Source: Lingula anatina
Taxonomy: Eukaryota; Animalia; Brachiopoda
Direction of reading: 5' to 3'
NCBI GenBank assembly: GCA_051362555.1
Contig: CM120642.1
Location: 806,001-870,000 of the forward strand
Length of the DNA: 64,000 nt
In this document: in pieces, positions 34,991 through 47,242 of the stretch
How the letters are laid out: the number at the start of each line of letters is the position of its first letter
Numbering within the stretch: the stretch's first letter is position 1
The notes under the pieces: model-generated
Databases searched by the model: none
The model's input: only the letters and a program-made list of their open reading frames with translations
What the model was told of the DNA's origin: nothing
Position numbers and translations under genes: made by a program

Positions 34991-36346
34991 ATTGACAATG
35001 TAGAACACGAGGCTAGCTTTCAGTCAATAGTTCAATGTGTCTGACATAGATATCTTTTGAAGTCATATGACGTAATGTTATAGTCCTATATCTCTTGAGT
35101 AATGTGGCGGCCTATTAATTTAACGCCATAGTAAATATGTCTGCATGGTTACCGCCCCTCCTTGACACAGATCTGATAAAACTTGTCCATTGTTTATAAT
35201 TCCATCATGCATTTGTTGGGTGATGAGTCCAAAGAATAAGCCTGAATGGAAAATTACAGTTATTAACTTTTTAAGTGGTTTTTTCTCTATTTTGTGATAA
35301 TATTAAAAAAATACTTTACTTGGGTTGTTCAGACTAGTAGTTGAAATTCAGGTTAATATTGAAAGGAAGTGTGGCTAAGATGGACGATTACATTAATTGA
35401 TTATGCAATTAATTCTAACAAACTTGAAATATTCTATTAACAATAATTTTTCCTGCAAGAGTATTCACTCATGAGTATTCACTCATTCTCAATATATAGG
35501 TCCATTTGAAGGAAAAAGAAAAATGAAAAATGAAATTAAAGATATATTTCCAAATTCCACATTTCTTTTTTTATCTGTTGACAGAAAGTGATAAATTTGG
35601 CTTTTTGTGTAAATCATTGAAATTTTTAAAATTCATGTCTTACTAGAATGGGGAATTTTCATATTCAGTAACAAAGGTTTTAGCCTATTTTAGGAGAAAG
35701 TTTTAAAAATAACAATTCCTTTGAATAATGTTAGCACATTAATACTAACAGAAATAAGACTGTACTAAAGGGGTATTACAATAGGCGTGTTAATTTTCCA
35801 CATTTTGTCCTCAGCCTCAAGTATATTTCTTTTACAATGCCTTGTTACTAAGGTTTTCCAAATTAATTTCTATTTCTAATTTCTCTGTGCCATACCACTA
35901 ACTGTCTTGCTAATATTGGATGTAACTAAATTTAGGATTTTATTAATGGCCAAATATTACAAAAAAAAAAAAAAAAAAAAAAAAATCAAACAAATAACAC
36001 TACCTGTGGCAGGGGACATAACAAAAGTTTTTTTTTTTCCATTTTCAAAAACCCAACAAAACTGGGAAAGAAACCAGAAGCTTTTCATTGAGTTATTTAA
36101 AACAAACATTATAGGCATATCCTACGTAAGTAAAATTTTATCTACATCATGTGGAGATTGTGCTGCGATAAACAGTAACATAAGTTTGAAATTTAATCTG
36201 TTTTTTTTTTTTTTTTTGCGAGAACAGATAAATCTAATAATTATTATTTTCATTTTTGCTATTAAGTCAATCTGGTTGGATGGATCTTATCATTGGGAAT
36301 AGGGTCTAAGTAACACTGCTCAGTTTTTCTTTTTGCCCGAGATTTA

Positions 36347-36561
36347 GACCCCATTCCCAGAGATCAGATTGATCTACTTTAGATCGACCTAACTCCCTGG
36401 GAGTTCGTGCTAAATAGCTGTCAGCCGAGCGGGCACCATAGTTAATTACCCCCTTACAGCTTGTAGTAGGTGGGACGGACATTTAAGCCGGATTATCTGA
36501 CAGTAATCTAGTGAGACTCCCCGCGGGGATAGATCGATCTAAAAGCTCTGGGAATACGCCC
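36347..36561. mobile_element. Harbinger-type MITE (family A), TTA TSD
   Basis: TTA|GACCCCATTCCCAG ... CTGGGAATACGCCC|TTA; close copy at 56751-56968. Confidence 0.8.
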
Positions 36562-36950
36562 TTAGACTCCTCCCAAAGTATGTCACAAAAAATTTCTTTA
36601 AATGAAATATTTTACTCAAAATACTTGAAACAGTACCAATAAAATCAATTTCAAAGTGTATGGTAAAACATAAAGAAAAAAAAAGGTGTTACGCAGGTCC
36701 CCAGCCTGACAAGGTGAACTTGGTTATTTGATTGTATTTTAAATTTTGCTTGTTTAAAATGGAAATGTTTCAAACATGGGTGCAATTTATTTTGTTATAA
36801 AATCTCTTCCGCTTGGACAAATATTATATACTTTCATTTGCTATATCTGTCACTGTGACGTGTTAAAATTATAGCAATAATTTTTGACAATGCTGAAAGT
36901 AAATGGCCACAGTGGCAACATGGACTCCCACAGGCAATAATAAGAATATA

Positions 36951-37175
36951 ATTATTAATTCAATTCAATTCAATTTATTTCTGTACTGGTACATAGATTG
37001 TCATGACCTTGTACAATATGAAATACAAATGATGATACAATACAGTTAGTGCATTACCATCTTTATATAATGAAGATAAGTACTAGTAAAATTACTCATA
37101 AAATATTCTATCTAAGCAATGAGATAAACCTTGGTGTGATTATAAATTTACCATAAACATACTATAAACATGTTA

Positions 37176-37220
<45 letters not shown>

Positions 37221-38315
37221 ACCATTACATAGCTGTTTACATGGCTGTTCAAGGCCAGTTTGATGACATTGATAATTACGATTAATGACAATTACATAAG
37301 ACAGATAAGTAAATAAGTTACACAGATATAAATATTGTGCCATGTTCAGTCCCACTGCCGAGTGACTTCTCACAACAGTGGGACCATACACGGACATTTT
37401 AAGGGATATGCTAAGAGTTACCAAGCAGAGCAACCACTTCACTTGTTTTCTTGAATGATTTGATTATAAAGTTGGAGAGGGACACTAAAGTATCTTTGTT
37501 GGCACTGTTAAATACATGGCATAATTGACTGTCTGGTGACCTTGAATCAGCTTTTAGGAATGAGGTTTTACTGAAAAAGGTGACTCGGTCTGCTTTGTAC
37601 ATTGGGCATTGGAATATAAAATGGTATTCATCCTCAATTACCCCTTGTGTGCACAGGCGACAGATTCTGTCGCACCTTTCAGTTTTTGGCCTGGTCTGCC
37701 GCCCAGTTTCGATGTGGAGTTTATGGTCACTAAGACGTAGTTTAGCAAGGGTTGACAAGGTGTCATAATTTGTTATTTTATCAACATAAGTTGCCCTTTC
37801 ACACTTTTGGTGAAGTATACGGAAGAGAGATAATTTACTGTTGGCTTGAAGTTTGCTATTGCATATTTGGGTAAAGAGGTCAGTTTGTCTTTGTTTGAAA
37901 ATTGTGGTGAAGTTTTTTGGAGGTGACTGGCTAAGCCACACATCACCAAGGCCAAATGTGAAAAGGATTTTTCGGATACCCTCAGACCATGACATACAAG
38001 CTGGTCTGAGTGTGTGGACTGCGGGTGGGACATAGGTGTCAGCAACTTGTAACTATTTATCTCTTGTATGTACGCTTGTTTCATTAGTGTAGCATCAGAC
38101 ATTTGAATAATTTTACACCATAGTTTGACAGATGCAAACTGTATTTTGGTATAGAGGGGAAGGCGGCCAAGTTCAGTGTATACACCATAGTTTGATACGT
38201 TTTGATGGAGGCCAAGGATTTGTTTGCAAAATTTTAAGTGCAACTTTTCTGTAGGGCAGTTATCCGTTGACACCGAGTAGCCCCATATCTCTGAGCAATA
38301 TGTAAGGATTGGAAG
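36951..38315 (-). mobile_element. 5'-truncated LINE (RTE-X-like ORF2 C-terminus) with 12-bp TSD
   Basis: PILTYCSEIWG..ELGRLPL and LRLSDHKLHIETGR..CRLC..EDEYHFIFQC; AATAAA plus (ATTGA)n tail; TSD AATAAGAATATA (36939-36950, 38316-38327); empty site at ~29350. Confidence 0.9.
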
Positions 38316-40146
38316 AATAAGAATATATGATGACCACCAGTATAACTGAAATGTGTTTATTTTTAGGTAAAAAGAAAATAATATCAAGATGACCTCAATC
38401 TATCTACAATATGTCCACCCAGGTCCTCATCATCTTCCTAAAACAACAGTGGAAGGTATAATATGTAACTTGTAACACTGGTTGTCCAGAGCAACATATG
38501 AAGTCTATAAGAACATAATTAATACCCTGCATTTCATATAAGTGTGATACTTAAAACTAACCTTATTACATGTTATCTGTTTTAATACTGTCAGTGGAGT
38601 CAGTATGTCAATGGTGTTAAGACTTGTTAATCTATGCAATGAGGACTAACATATCTGAGGTGGAAGGTTGAACGTGAAACAGATCAAGATCAACTGGTGT
38701 AAAGCTTTTGCTGGAGATGAGTGGTTAATGCAGTAGTTCATGCATTCATTGAAATGGGAGGATTGTTGAATGCAATCTATGGGCTCCAACTTATCATGGA
38801 CTCTTCCTAGATGCAGAATTTATATAAGTTTCTGTGCCTTTTTGTTTTATTGTGATGTCTGGTAATCCATTTTTTTATTGACGTAGCAGGAATTTGGAAT
38901 TAAATGGTATAAAATTATATGTCTAAATTTTAAGATATAAAAAAAGAAAATTCACTGATGCAGTCAGAAAATTATAGAAAAAGGTATTGTGAGATCTTGG
39001 GGAGAAAATGCATGATGCAAGCTTTGTTCAAACTAACGTACAAATATTCTGAAAACTAAATTTGATATGGGTATGAAACCAATTATATTTCTACAAACAT
39101 AGTATATATCTGCCTATATTTTGATCTCTATCTCATCACTGCTGGGCAAGTCTGTTGTTTTTTTGATAGGGCAGGATTTTTTTAAAAAAAGTTCTCACAT
39201 TATCTATAAGAATTCAAATAAAGCTGGGAAGGAAAATTAATTGGATTTTCATTTTACTTTACTGTTTTTGTGAAAGGTGGCCTGATCATTTTAAAGAAAA
39301 TATATTTCAGGGTTGCCCCATACAGGTAATTACCAAATGGTAATTGCATTCAGGGTGTAAAATATAATTGCATTCAGGTATAGATAGTTCCAGACCTTTT
39401 TCTAGCATGTTTGTCTTAGGGAGGTGAAGTCATTTTAAATATAACACTACAACTTAGGGAAAATGGGGTAGAGTTATATAGAACGTTTGTTATTATTGAC
39501 CAGTCCATAGGTAACCAGTGGCAGGGAGACAGGGCAGTTGGGTGGGGGGGGGGGGGGGAGTATTACTGAAAAGACCTTACCCTTTTATTTTTAAGTAAAT
39601 AGAAATTTAAATGGATACTGAAAAAACACCATTTAAAGAGTAAATGGAGCTGTATCAGACAGAGACAGAGAGAGAGGTAGCTTTGGGATTGGTGAGGAGG
39701 GTAAGATGAAGAAATTACTTTATCAGATCTATGTCAAAGAGGGGCAGAAACCATGCAGACAAATTAAGTATCTTAAGGAATTCAATATAAAGCAATATCC
39801 ACATATACAATGTACATATAATGTCAGAGTAACACACTGTTAACTTAAGCAAATTATCAAAATTAAAAGATATTGTCTTTCCTTGTATTAGTATCAATTA
39901 TATCAGTAGAAGCAGATGTAACCTCTTATGCTGACCAATTGCACTAAGTTATTGGAACCAGTTAGTGAATGAAAACCTCCTTGTATGTCATGATAAAACT
40001 AGATCGATCATTATAATATTCTGTCAGTTCATTATACACAGTGAAAAGTGTTTACTGTAGTTTCTCAGTGGGTTTCCTCCAAGTCAATAGCAACGTCTGA
40101 CTTATGTTGAATGACAATATACACATGTATAAAATGTCAACAGTAT

Positions 40147-41964
40147 TTATTGAAAGTACTGGAATGTCTTAACTTTGCCTTCTACCTCTGCCACCACCAG
40201 CTGCCCAGCAAGGTTGATGGCTAAAGCTGTGGGAAACCTCAGCCCATCATTCCTAGTAGCAATGTTTCTGATGAACTGTCCTTGTGGACTCAGTGCCACT
40301 ATCCTGTGCTTACCCATGTTAGCAATGAAGATGTGACCAAAGCTGTCTGTACACACTCCAAGAGGTGCATACAGCTGACCATCACCACTGCCATGTGTGC
40401 CATACTGGTACAGCTGATCACCATCAGGTGACACCATTTGTACACAGTTATTGGCCCAATTTGATATCACAATGTTATCATTCACACTGTTCACTGTGAT
40501 GTACCGTGGAGACACACACATGCTGAGTGGAATAGTGTTCAGGAGCTGTCCACTGTCTGCGTCGAATGTGAAGATGGATTTTTTTTCACTGTCACAAACC
40601 ATCACATGACCTTGTCTGTTCAGTGTGACACCACTCGGCATCTCAAGTTTACCACAACCGATGGTTGTTAAGTGCTGACCCCTGGTGGAGAACACTTTGA
40701 GACATTTGTCACCCTGTGAAGTTATATACAGTTGACCAGTTTGTGACACGGCTGCATCAAATGGTTGGTTTAGTTTTATGTCAAACTTGAATTTCCTTTC
40801 ATGTGTGAATACCTTTGTTCTGTTATTACTGTCATCAACAATAAATAAATGTCGTTCATCTATTGCCAGCCCACTTATGGACATGATTTTATCATCTTTG
40901 AGTTTAGGATCGAATGAATGCACACATTCCACCTTCTCTAACAAGACAGGCAGACGTGGTGCTGGTCTTGGATTTGGTAGTTTTTCCTCCAGTCTATAAA
41001 GTCTCCGAGGTTGTGACTGTACTGTCACCTGTCCTAACAGTCCAGTATCAGATATGTCACCAGGACTATAGCGTATCTGTGCTGGTGTGTCTGGAGCTGG
41101 CACTGGCATTTTCTCCATTGCTGTCAGTCTCTCTGTCAGAGCTTTAGTATGAATCATGATGTCAGAGTCGGAACCATTTGTTATTAGTTCCTGAGCAAAA
41201 TTGCAAGCACTCTGCAAGGAGGCATGGTGAAGTTCAAGGGTGTCCTTGTTGGCCTCCTTCTGCTTTTTTCTGATATCACAAACAAAATCTACCTGTGATA
41301 TCAGTTTTTGCTCCTTCTGATCAATCAATCTTCGGATACGTTGAGCCTGTTCTTTGATTTTGTTGATGGAGGCTGCCATGATTCGTGTTTCTTCTATTTC
41401 AGTGTCTTTTTCTTTTGTAACTGCTTCTTCGAACATGTTTAGTTTTGGCAAAGTTTTCACAAGGACAGTTTTAACCTTGTTTCGATTGGCATTTGCAAGT
41501 TTTTCAACAGGCACAATACCATGTCTATAGTGTTCTGTTGATACACAGTCACCACATACAATGGTATCATCATCTTCACAGTAGTATTTTAACTTGAGAT
41601 CAGGATGTTTCTCACAACTGATGGTCATTTCTGCAGTGGCTTGTGTCACTGCTGTTACATTGGTCTGTTCACTCTCTAATATCGCTCTATCTGCTTGTTG
41701 CTGGGTTATGATGTCCCCGGCCTTGCTAAAGACAAAGTTCTTTTTCAGTTGATTAAGTCCACCAGCTGGAAACTGGATTTCTTCCCGGCAAATGGGGCAT
41801 AGAAATGTTCTATTTGGAGTTTGAGTTCTCTTAGCATAGTCAGATATACAACCATAGCAAAATGTATGGTAGCACGGCAGCACACGAGGGTCTTCATAAT
41901 TTCCCAGACAGATGCTACACGTTAAGAGATTATCTGTGAAAACTGCTGCCAGCGCCTCGGCCAT
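40147..41964 (-). CDS. TRIM-NHL protein copy 2, 605 aa, intronless CDS
   Basis: Same architecture; N-terminal ~180 aa almost identical to copy 1. Confidence 0.93.
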   Translation of the reverse strand: MAEALAAVFTDNLLTCSICLGNYEDPRVLPCYHTFCYGCISDYAKRTQTPNRTFLCPICREEIQFPAGGLNQLKKNFVFSKAGDIITQQQADRAILESEQTNVTAVTQATAEMTISCEKHPDLKLKYYCEDDDTIVCGDCVSTEHYRHGIVPVEKLANANRNKVKTVLVKTLPKLNMFEEAVTKEKDTEIEETRIMAASINKIKEQAQRIRRLIDQKEQKLISQVDFVCDIRKKQKEANKDTLELHHASLQSACNFAQELITNGSDSDIMIHTKALTERLTAMEKMPVPAPDTPAQIRYSPGDISDTGLLGQVTVQSQPRRLYRLEEKLPNPRPAPRLPVLLEKVECVHSFDPKLKDDKIMSISGLAIDERHLFIVDDSNNRTKVFTHERKFKFDIKLNQPFDAAVSQTGQLYITSQGDKCLKVFSTRGQHLTTIGCGKLEMPSGVTLNRQGHVMVCDSEKKSIFTFDADSGQLLNTIPLSMCVSPRYITVNSVNDNIVISNWANNCVQMVSPDGDQLYQYGTHGSGDGQLYAPLGVCTDSFGHIFIANMGKHRIVALSPQGQFIRNIATRNDGLRFPTALAINLAGQLVVAEVEGKVKTFQYFQ

Positions 41965-43101
41965 ATTGACGATGTAGAACACGAGGCTAGCTTTCAGTCA
42001 ATAGTTCAATGTGTCTGACATAGATATCTTTTAAAGTCATATGACGTAATGTTATAGTCCTATATCTCTTGAGTAATGTGGCGGCCTCTTTATTTAACGC
42101 CATAGTAAATGTTTGCATGGTTACCGCCCCTCCTTGACACAGATCTGATAAAACTTGTCCACTGTTTATAATTCCATCATGCATTTGTTGGGTGATGAGT
42201 CCAAAGAATAAGCCTGAATGGAAAATTACAGTTATTAATTTTTTAAGTGGTTTTTTCTCTTGTTTGTGATAATATTAAAAAAATACTTTACTTGGGTTGT
42301 TCAGACTAGTAGTTGAAATTCACGTTAATATTGAAAGGAAGTGTGGCTAAGATGGATGATTACATTAACTGATTTTTCAATTAATTCTAACAAACTTGAA
42401 ATATTCTATTAACAATAATCATTCCTGCATGAGTATTCACTCATGAGTATTCACTCATTCTCAATATATATAGGTCCATTTGAAGGTAAAAGAAAAATGA
42501 AAAATGAAGTTAAAGATATATTTCTTTATTCTCTGTAGACAGAAAGTGATAAATCTGGCTTTTTGTGTAAATCATTGAATTTTTTAAAATTCATGCCTTA
42601 CTAGAATGGGGAATTTTCATATTCAGTAACAAAGGTTTTAGCCTATTTTAGGAGAAAGTTTTAAAAATAACAATTCCTTTGAATAATGTTAGCACATTAA
42701 TACTAACAGAAATAAGACTGTACTAAAGGGGTATTACAATAGGCATGTTAATTTTCCACATTTTGTCTTCAGCCTCAAGTATATTTTTTAGAATGCCTTG
42801 TTACTAAGGTTTTTCAAATTAATTTCTATTTCTAATATCTTTGTGCCATACCACCATACTGTCCTGCTAATATTGGATGTAACTAAATTTAGGATTTTAT
42901 TAATGGCCAAATATTACAAAAAAAAATCAAACAAATAAGAAAACTACCTGTGACAAAAGACATACCAAAAGTTTTTTTTTCCCATTTTTGTATATCATGT
43001 ATATCATGATAAAACAAGATCATCGATCATTATAATATTCTGTCAGTTCCCTATACACCATGGAATGCTTTATTGTAGTTTCTCATTAGGTTTCCTCCAA
43101 A

Positions 43102-43139
43102 TAGGGAATTATATGGGATATATCCGATATAATTCCCTG
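43102..43139. mobile_element. 38-bp hairpin with 7-bp TSD (P-element-like mini-element or footprint) in the TRIM copy 3 3' region
   Basis: CTCCAAA|TAGGGAATTATAT..ATATAATTCCCTG|CTCCAAG; paralogous site at ~40075 has a single CTCCAAG. Confidence 0.7.
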
Positions 43140-43198
43140 CTCCAAGCCAAGAACGTCTGACTTATATTGAATAGCAATATGTAAAATGTCAACAGTAT

Positions 43199-45019
43199 TT
43201 ATTGAAAGTACTGGAATGTCTTCACCGTGCCCCTTCCCTCTGCCACCACCAGCTGGCCAAATGGGTTGATTGCTAATGCTCTGGGATACTTCAACCCATC
43301 CGTCTCAGTGGCAATGTATCTGATAAACTGTCCTTGTGGACTCAGTGCCACCATCCTGTGGTTACCATCGTCAGCAATGAAGATGTGGCCATAGCTATCT
43401 GTGCACACTCCCCGTGGTGACTTCAACCGACCAACACCACTGCCTTCTGTACCGCCATACTGGTACAGCTGATCACCAGTAGGTGACAGCACATGTACAC
43501 AGTGTTTGTACAAGTCTGATATCACAATGTTATCATTCACACTGTTCACTGTGATGTACACTGGGTCTCTACACATTCTTAATGGAATAGTTTTCAGGAG
43601 CTCTCCACTGTCTGCATGAAATGTGAAGATGGACTTCTTTCCTCTGTCACAAACCATCACATGACCTTGTCTGTTCAGTGTAATACCCCATGGGTCCCCC
43701 AGTTGACCCTGACCCATGGTTGTCACCTGCTGCCCTCTGGTGGAGTACACTTTGACACAACTGTTAGGCCATGATGTTGATGATGTTATGTACAGCTGAC
43801 CAGTCTGTGACCCAGCCACAGCCCATGGGCGTGTAACTTTTATCTCAAACTTGAATTGCCCTTCATGTGTGAATACCTTTGTTCTGTTACTACTGTTATC
43901 CACAAGAAACATATGCTGTTTATCTATGGCCAGCCCACTTACAGCCATAATTTCTTTGAGTTTAGGATTGAAGGAATTCACACATTCAGCCTTCTCTAAG
44001 AAAACTGGAGGGTGTGGTGCCGAACTTGGATCTGTTCCCTGACCAGCTAATGGAGGTTGTGACTGTACTGTCACCTGTCCTAACATGGCTTCCAGTCCGG
44101 CAGTAGATATCTCACCAGGGCTGTAGGATATGTGTGCTGGTATGTCTGGAGTTGGCACTGGCATTTTCTCCATTGTTGTCAGTCTCTCTGTCAGAGCTTT
44201 AGTGTGAATCATGATGTCAGAGTCGGAACCATTTGTGATAAGTTCCTGAGCAAAATTGAACACACTCTGTAAGGAGGCATGGTGAAGTTCAAGGGTGTCC
44301 TTGTTGCCCCCCTTCTGCTTTTTTCTGATATCACTAGCAGAAGTTACTTCTGATATCAGTTTTTGCTCCCTCTGATCAACCAATCTTCGGATACGTTGAG
44401 CCTGTTCTATGATTTTGTTGATGGAGGCTGCCATGAGTCGTGATTCTTCTATTTCAGTTGCTGTTGCCTTTGCAACTGCTTCTTCAAACATGTTTAGTTT
44501 TGGCAATATTTTCACAATGACAGTTTTTATCTTGTTTCGATTGGCATTTGCCAGTTTTTCAACTGGCACAATACCATGTCTATAGTGTTCAGTTAATGCG
44601 CAGTCACCACATACAATGGTATCATCATCTTCACAGTAGTATTTTAACTGAAGATTAAGGTGTTTCTCACAACTGATGGTCATTTCTGCAGTGGCTTGTG
44701 TCACTGCTGCTACATTGGTCTGTTTACTATCTAATGTCCCTGTATCTGCTTGTTGCTGGGTAATAATGTCTTTGGCCTTGCTAAAGACAAAGTTCTTTTT
44801 CAGCCAGGTAAGTTCACCACCTGGAAACTGTATTTCTTCCCGGCAAATGGGGCATAGAAATGTCCTATTTGAAGTACGAGTTTTCTTGGCATGCTCACGT
44901 ATACAATCATAGCAAAATGTATGGTAGCAAGGCAGCACACGGGGGTCCTCATACTCTCCCAAACAAATGCTACATGTCAAGAGTTTATCTGTGAAAGCTG
45001 CTGCCAGTGCCTCAGCCAT
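43199..45019 (-). CDS. TRIM-NHL protein copy 3, 606 aa, intronless CDS
   Basis: Intact ORF with RING, B-box, coiled coil and NHL repeats. Confidence 0.93.
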   Translation of the reverse strand: MAEALAAAFTDKLLTCSICLGEYEDPRVLPCYHTFCYDCIREHAKKTRTSNRTFLCPICREEIQFPGGELTWLKKNFVFSKAKDIITQQQADTGTLDSKQTNVAAVTQATAEMTISCEKHLNLQLKYYCEDDDTIVCGDCALTEHYRHGIVPVEKLANANRNKIKTVIVKILPKLNMFEEAVAKATATEIEESRLMAASINKIIEQAQRIRRLVDQREQKLISEVTSASDIRKKQKGGNKDTLELHHASLQSVFNFAQELITNGSDSDIMIHTKALTERLTTMEKMPVPTPDIPAHISYSPGEISTAGLEAMLGQVTVQSQPPLAGQGTDPSSAPHPPVFLEKAECVNSFNPKLKEIMAVSGLAIDKQHMFLVDNSSNRTKVFTHEGQFKFEIKVTRPWAVAGSQTGQLYITSSTSWPNSCVKVYSTRGQQVTTMGQGQLGDPWGITLNRQGHVMVCDRGKKSIFTFHADSGELLKTIPLRMCRDPVYITVNSVNDNIVISDLYKHCVHVLSPTGDQLYQYGGTEGSGVGRLKSPRGVCTDSYGHIFIADDGNHRMVALSPQGQFIRYIATETDGLKYPRALAINPFGQLVVAEGRGTVKTFQYFQ

Positions 45020-45229
45020 ATTGTCACATCAGAGCACAAGGCAAGCATTCAGTGAGTAGTTCAACATTAAAATGGTAGCTATCTATCTCAAGTACTCTTT
45101 ATATGGTGGCAGCAGATGATCAGGTGATGGTGATGTTAAAAATATTTATGGAAACAGTGTCCATTATGATAACATGCTCTATATTTGATATGGTTGTTTG
45201 TACAAGTAGCAATTAATGTTGCCCAATAA

Positions 45230-45481
45230 GGGACCATTCCCAGTTTCTATATATGGTACTAACTGTGGATCGATATATCTCTGAAGGGATTCTCACTAAA
45301 TCGCTTTCAACTTAAGCGGCTTAAATGTATGTCATACCTTCTGAGGCTGCTTAACGATAATTAATTACCCCTAGCAGCTTTAGTAGGAATGACAGACATC
45401 TGAGCCGCTTAAGTTGAAAGCAATTGAGGAAGAAAACCAGTGGAGTTGGATCAATCCTATTAGGTCGATGGGAACCTAGTC
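45230..45481. mobile_element. Harbinger-type MITE (family A relative), TAA TSD
   Basis: TAA|GGGACCATTCCCA ... TGGGAACCTAGTC|TAA; internal TTAATTACCC..CAGCTT..AGTAGG shared with 36347-36561. Confidence 0.65.
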
Positions 45482-46178
45482 TAAAGCAGCTACTGCTCCT
45501 GCCTACGTGTGTAAAGCCTCTCTTCTGGTCCTCAAATCAAGTTCGGTCCCTTGGTTCTAAACTGTTTACCAGAGGCTCTGTTCTGGTCCTACACCTGTTA
45601 ATGTCCATCATGACGTGTTCTAACGTGTTCCCCAAACGTGTCCTTGGCTGACTCTATTATGGTCTCCAATATTTGAGGTTTAAAACTTTGAGAGGCTACC
45701 AAAAAACGTACGTAAACTGAATGTTGGAAAGAAATGCATTTCAATTATTTAAATTGTATTATATTTGCTATAATATATTCTCAGATTTTTTAAAGAATAA
45801 AAAAGTTTTGCTGCGTGACTATATACCTTTAGGATGCCTAATACTATTAAAATGTTTATGGCGTTCTCTGCTTCTTGTTTTCAAGACAGTTACATTCGTG
45901 TGTGATTGTGTGCATGTGTGTGTGTGGAGTGGGGGTGTACTCACTCACTCACTCGTTCTTTATTCCGTTTCAAGTTAGTATAAGCTCTTATTTTCATATG
46001 GACGCGTTTATTCCCGTGAATTTCCTAAATGTCCACTGGACTGTCAAGAACTATAGTGATTCAGAGCTTATATAGGCACAGTATAATGGATTTTTACTGC
46101 ATACGTTTTATAAATCTATTAATACTGCAATTTAAAGAGCTCCCTATGAAGGATAGTCTAGCTACTTTATTTATTTAT

Positions 46179-46635
46179 AAATAAATAAATAAATAATCTT
46201 TATTGAGCACTAAAATGCATAGGGCCTACATATTACATTTTACAGGCTCTCTACACTAGTCATAACAACTTAGCAGCAATTATACAAAGCTATACAAATA
46301 CTTATTGAATGATTACTGGGAAGCAGCACAGAATAAAACGACTATTGTTATTGGTGGGTGTGTCGTTTTTTCAAACTTTCAGTTATATATAGGTATAATG
46401 TTCTCAAACACGATTCACTTTTTGGACTGAGCAGCCACTGAATTTTTTCATGATCTGTTTTCTGCTCAGGAGGTATCATTAATCTAATTCTTCTGTCACT
46501 ATGTTCTTCACATTTCAGTAAAAAGTGGATCTCCGTTTCAATTTCATTACAGTGGGGGCACTTGCGATTTTCAGTAGGGGTTTTAGGGGACGTATAGCGG
46601 CCACGTTCAATTTCTAATTCGTGGTCACTAATTTA
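46179..46635 (-). mobile_element. 3' fragment of an RTE-X-like LINE
   Basis: Minus strand ISDHELEIERGRYTSPKTPTENRKCPHCNEIETEIHFLLKC, then AATAAA and (TTAT)n tail. Confidence 0.8.
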
Positions 46636-47242
46636 CGCATTTTGTTTCAGAATTTTTTTTTTCAATTTTCAGGATTTAGGGTATAGGTATGGTCACTATA
46701 AAAATACCAAAATGTAGGCGTTTTGTGCAAGTAGTAGAAATGGATTATATTATTTTCGAATCAGCGGATCTAAAATAAACGCGCAATATATTCGTATTTA
46801 TAGCCTGTTTGACTGCATTTAAACTAAGACGCAAGTGAAGATAATGTGTGTTTGATTGACGGGGCTGGTTTAGAGATGAGCTGCATACCTTGTTGGTATT
46901 TATACTTAGGCTTTCACAAGCTATATATCCCATATCATTCGGATAATGTTCAAGTGATGTTTTGCTACTGGATGACAACTTACATGTATACGTAGCATCC
47001 CAATTGTATTGCTTTAGGAGCGTACAGTGAAGGGAATATCATGAAATCCCAGTGATCTGACCAAAGTCAATTTGAGGGACTAATGGTAGAGGAAAGATCC
47101 GGTATAACTACGTAGTATAAGGCTTCGTTCACATGCAATGTCTATTTTCTATTTTCTATTTTCGGTATGTCTTATGATCACGGTCTGTGCACTGAATATC
47201 CCGCGGCGTAATTACTGGCAGCGCGAGCCAGTTACTATAAGT

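Noticed and set aside
34991-35008. MFYIVN N-terminal extension of TRIM copies 1 and 2
   Set aside because: Track ORFs start at GTG; the conserved ATG (MAEA) aligns with the copy 3 start
38590-38815. Possible decayed plus-strand exon shared with 54680-54990
   Set aside because: Stops in the frames tried and no recognisable motif; cannot be supported without a database search
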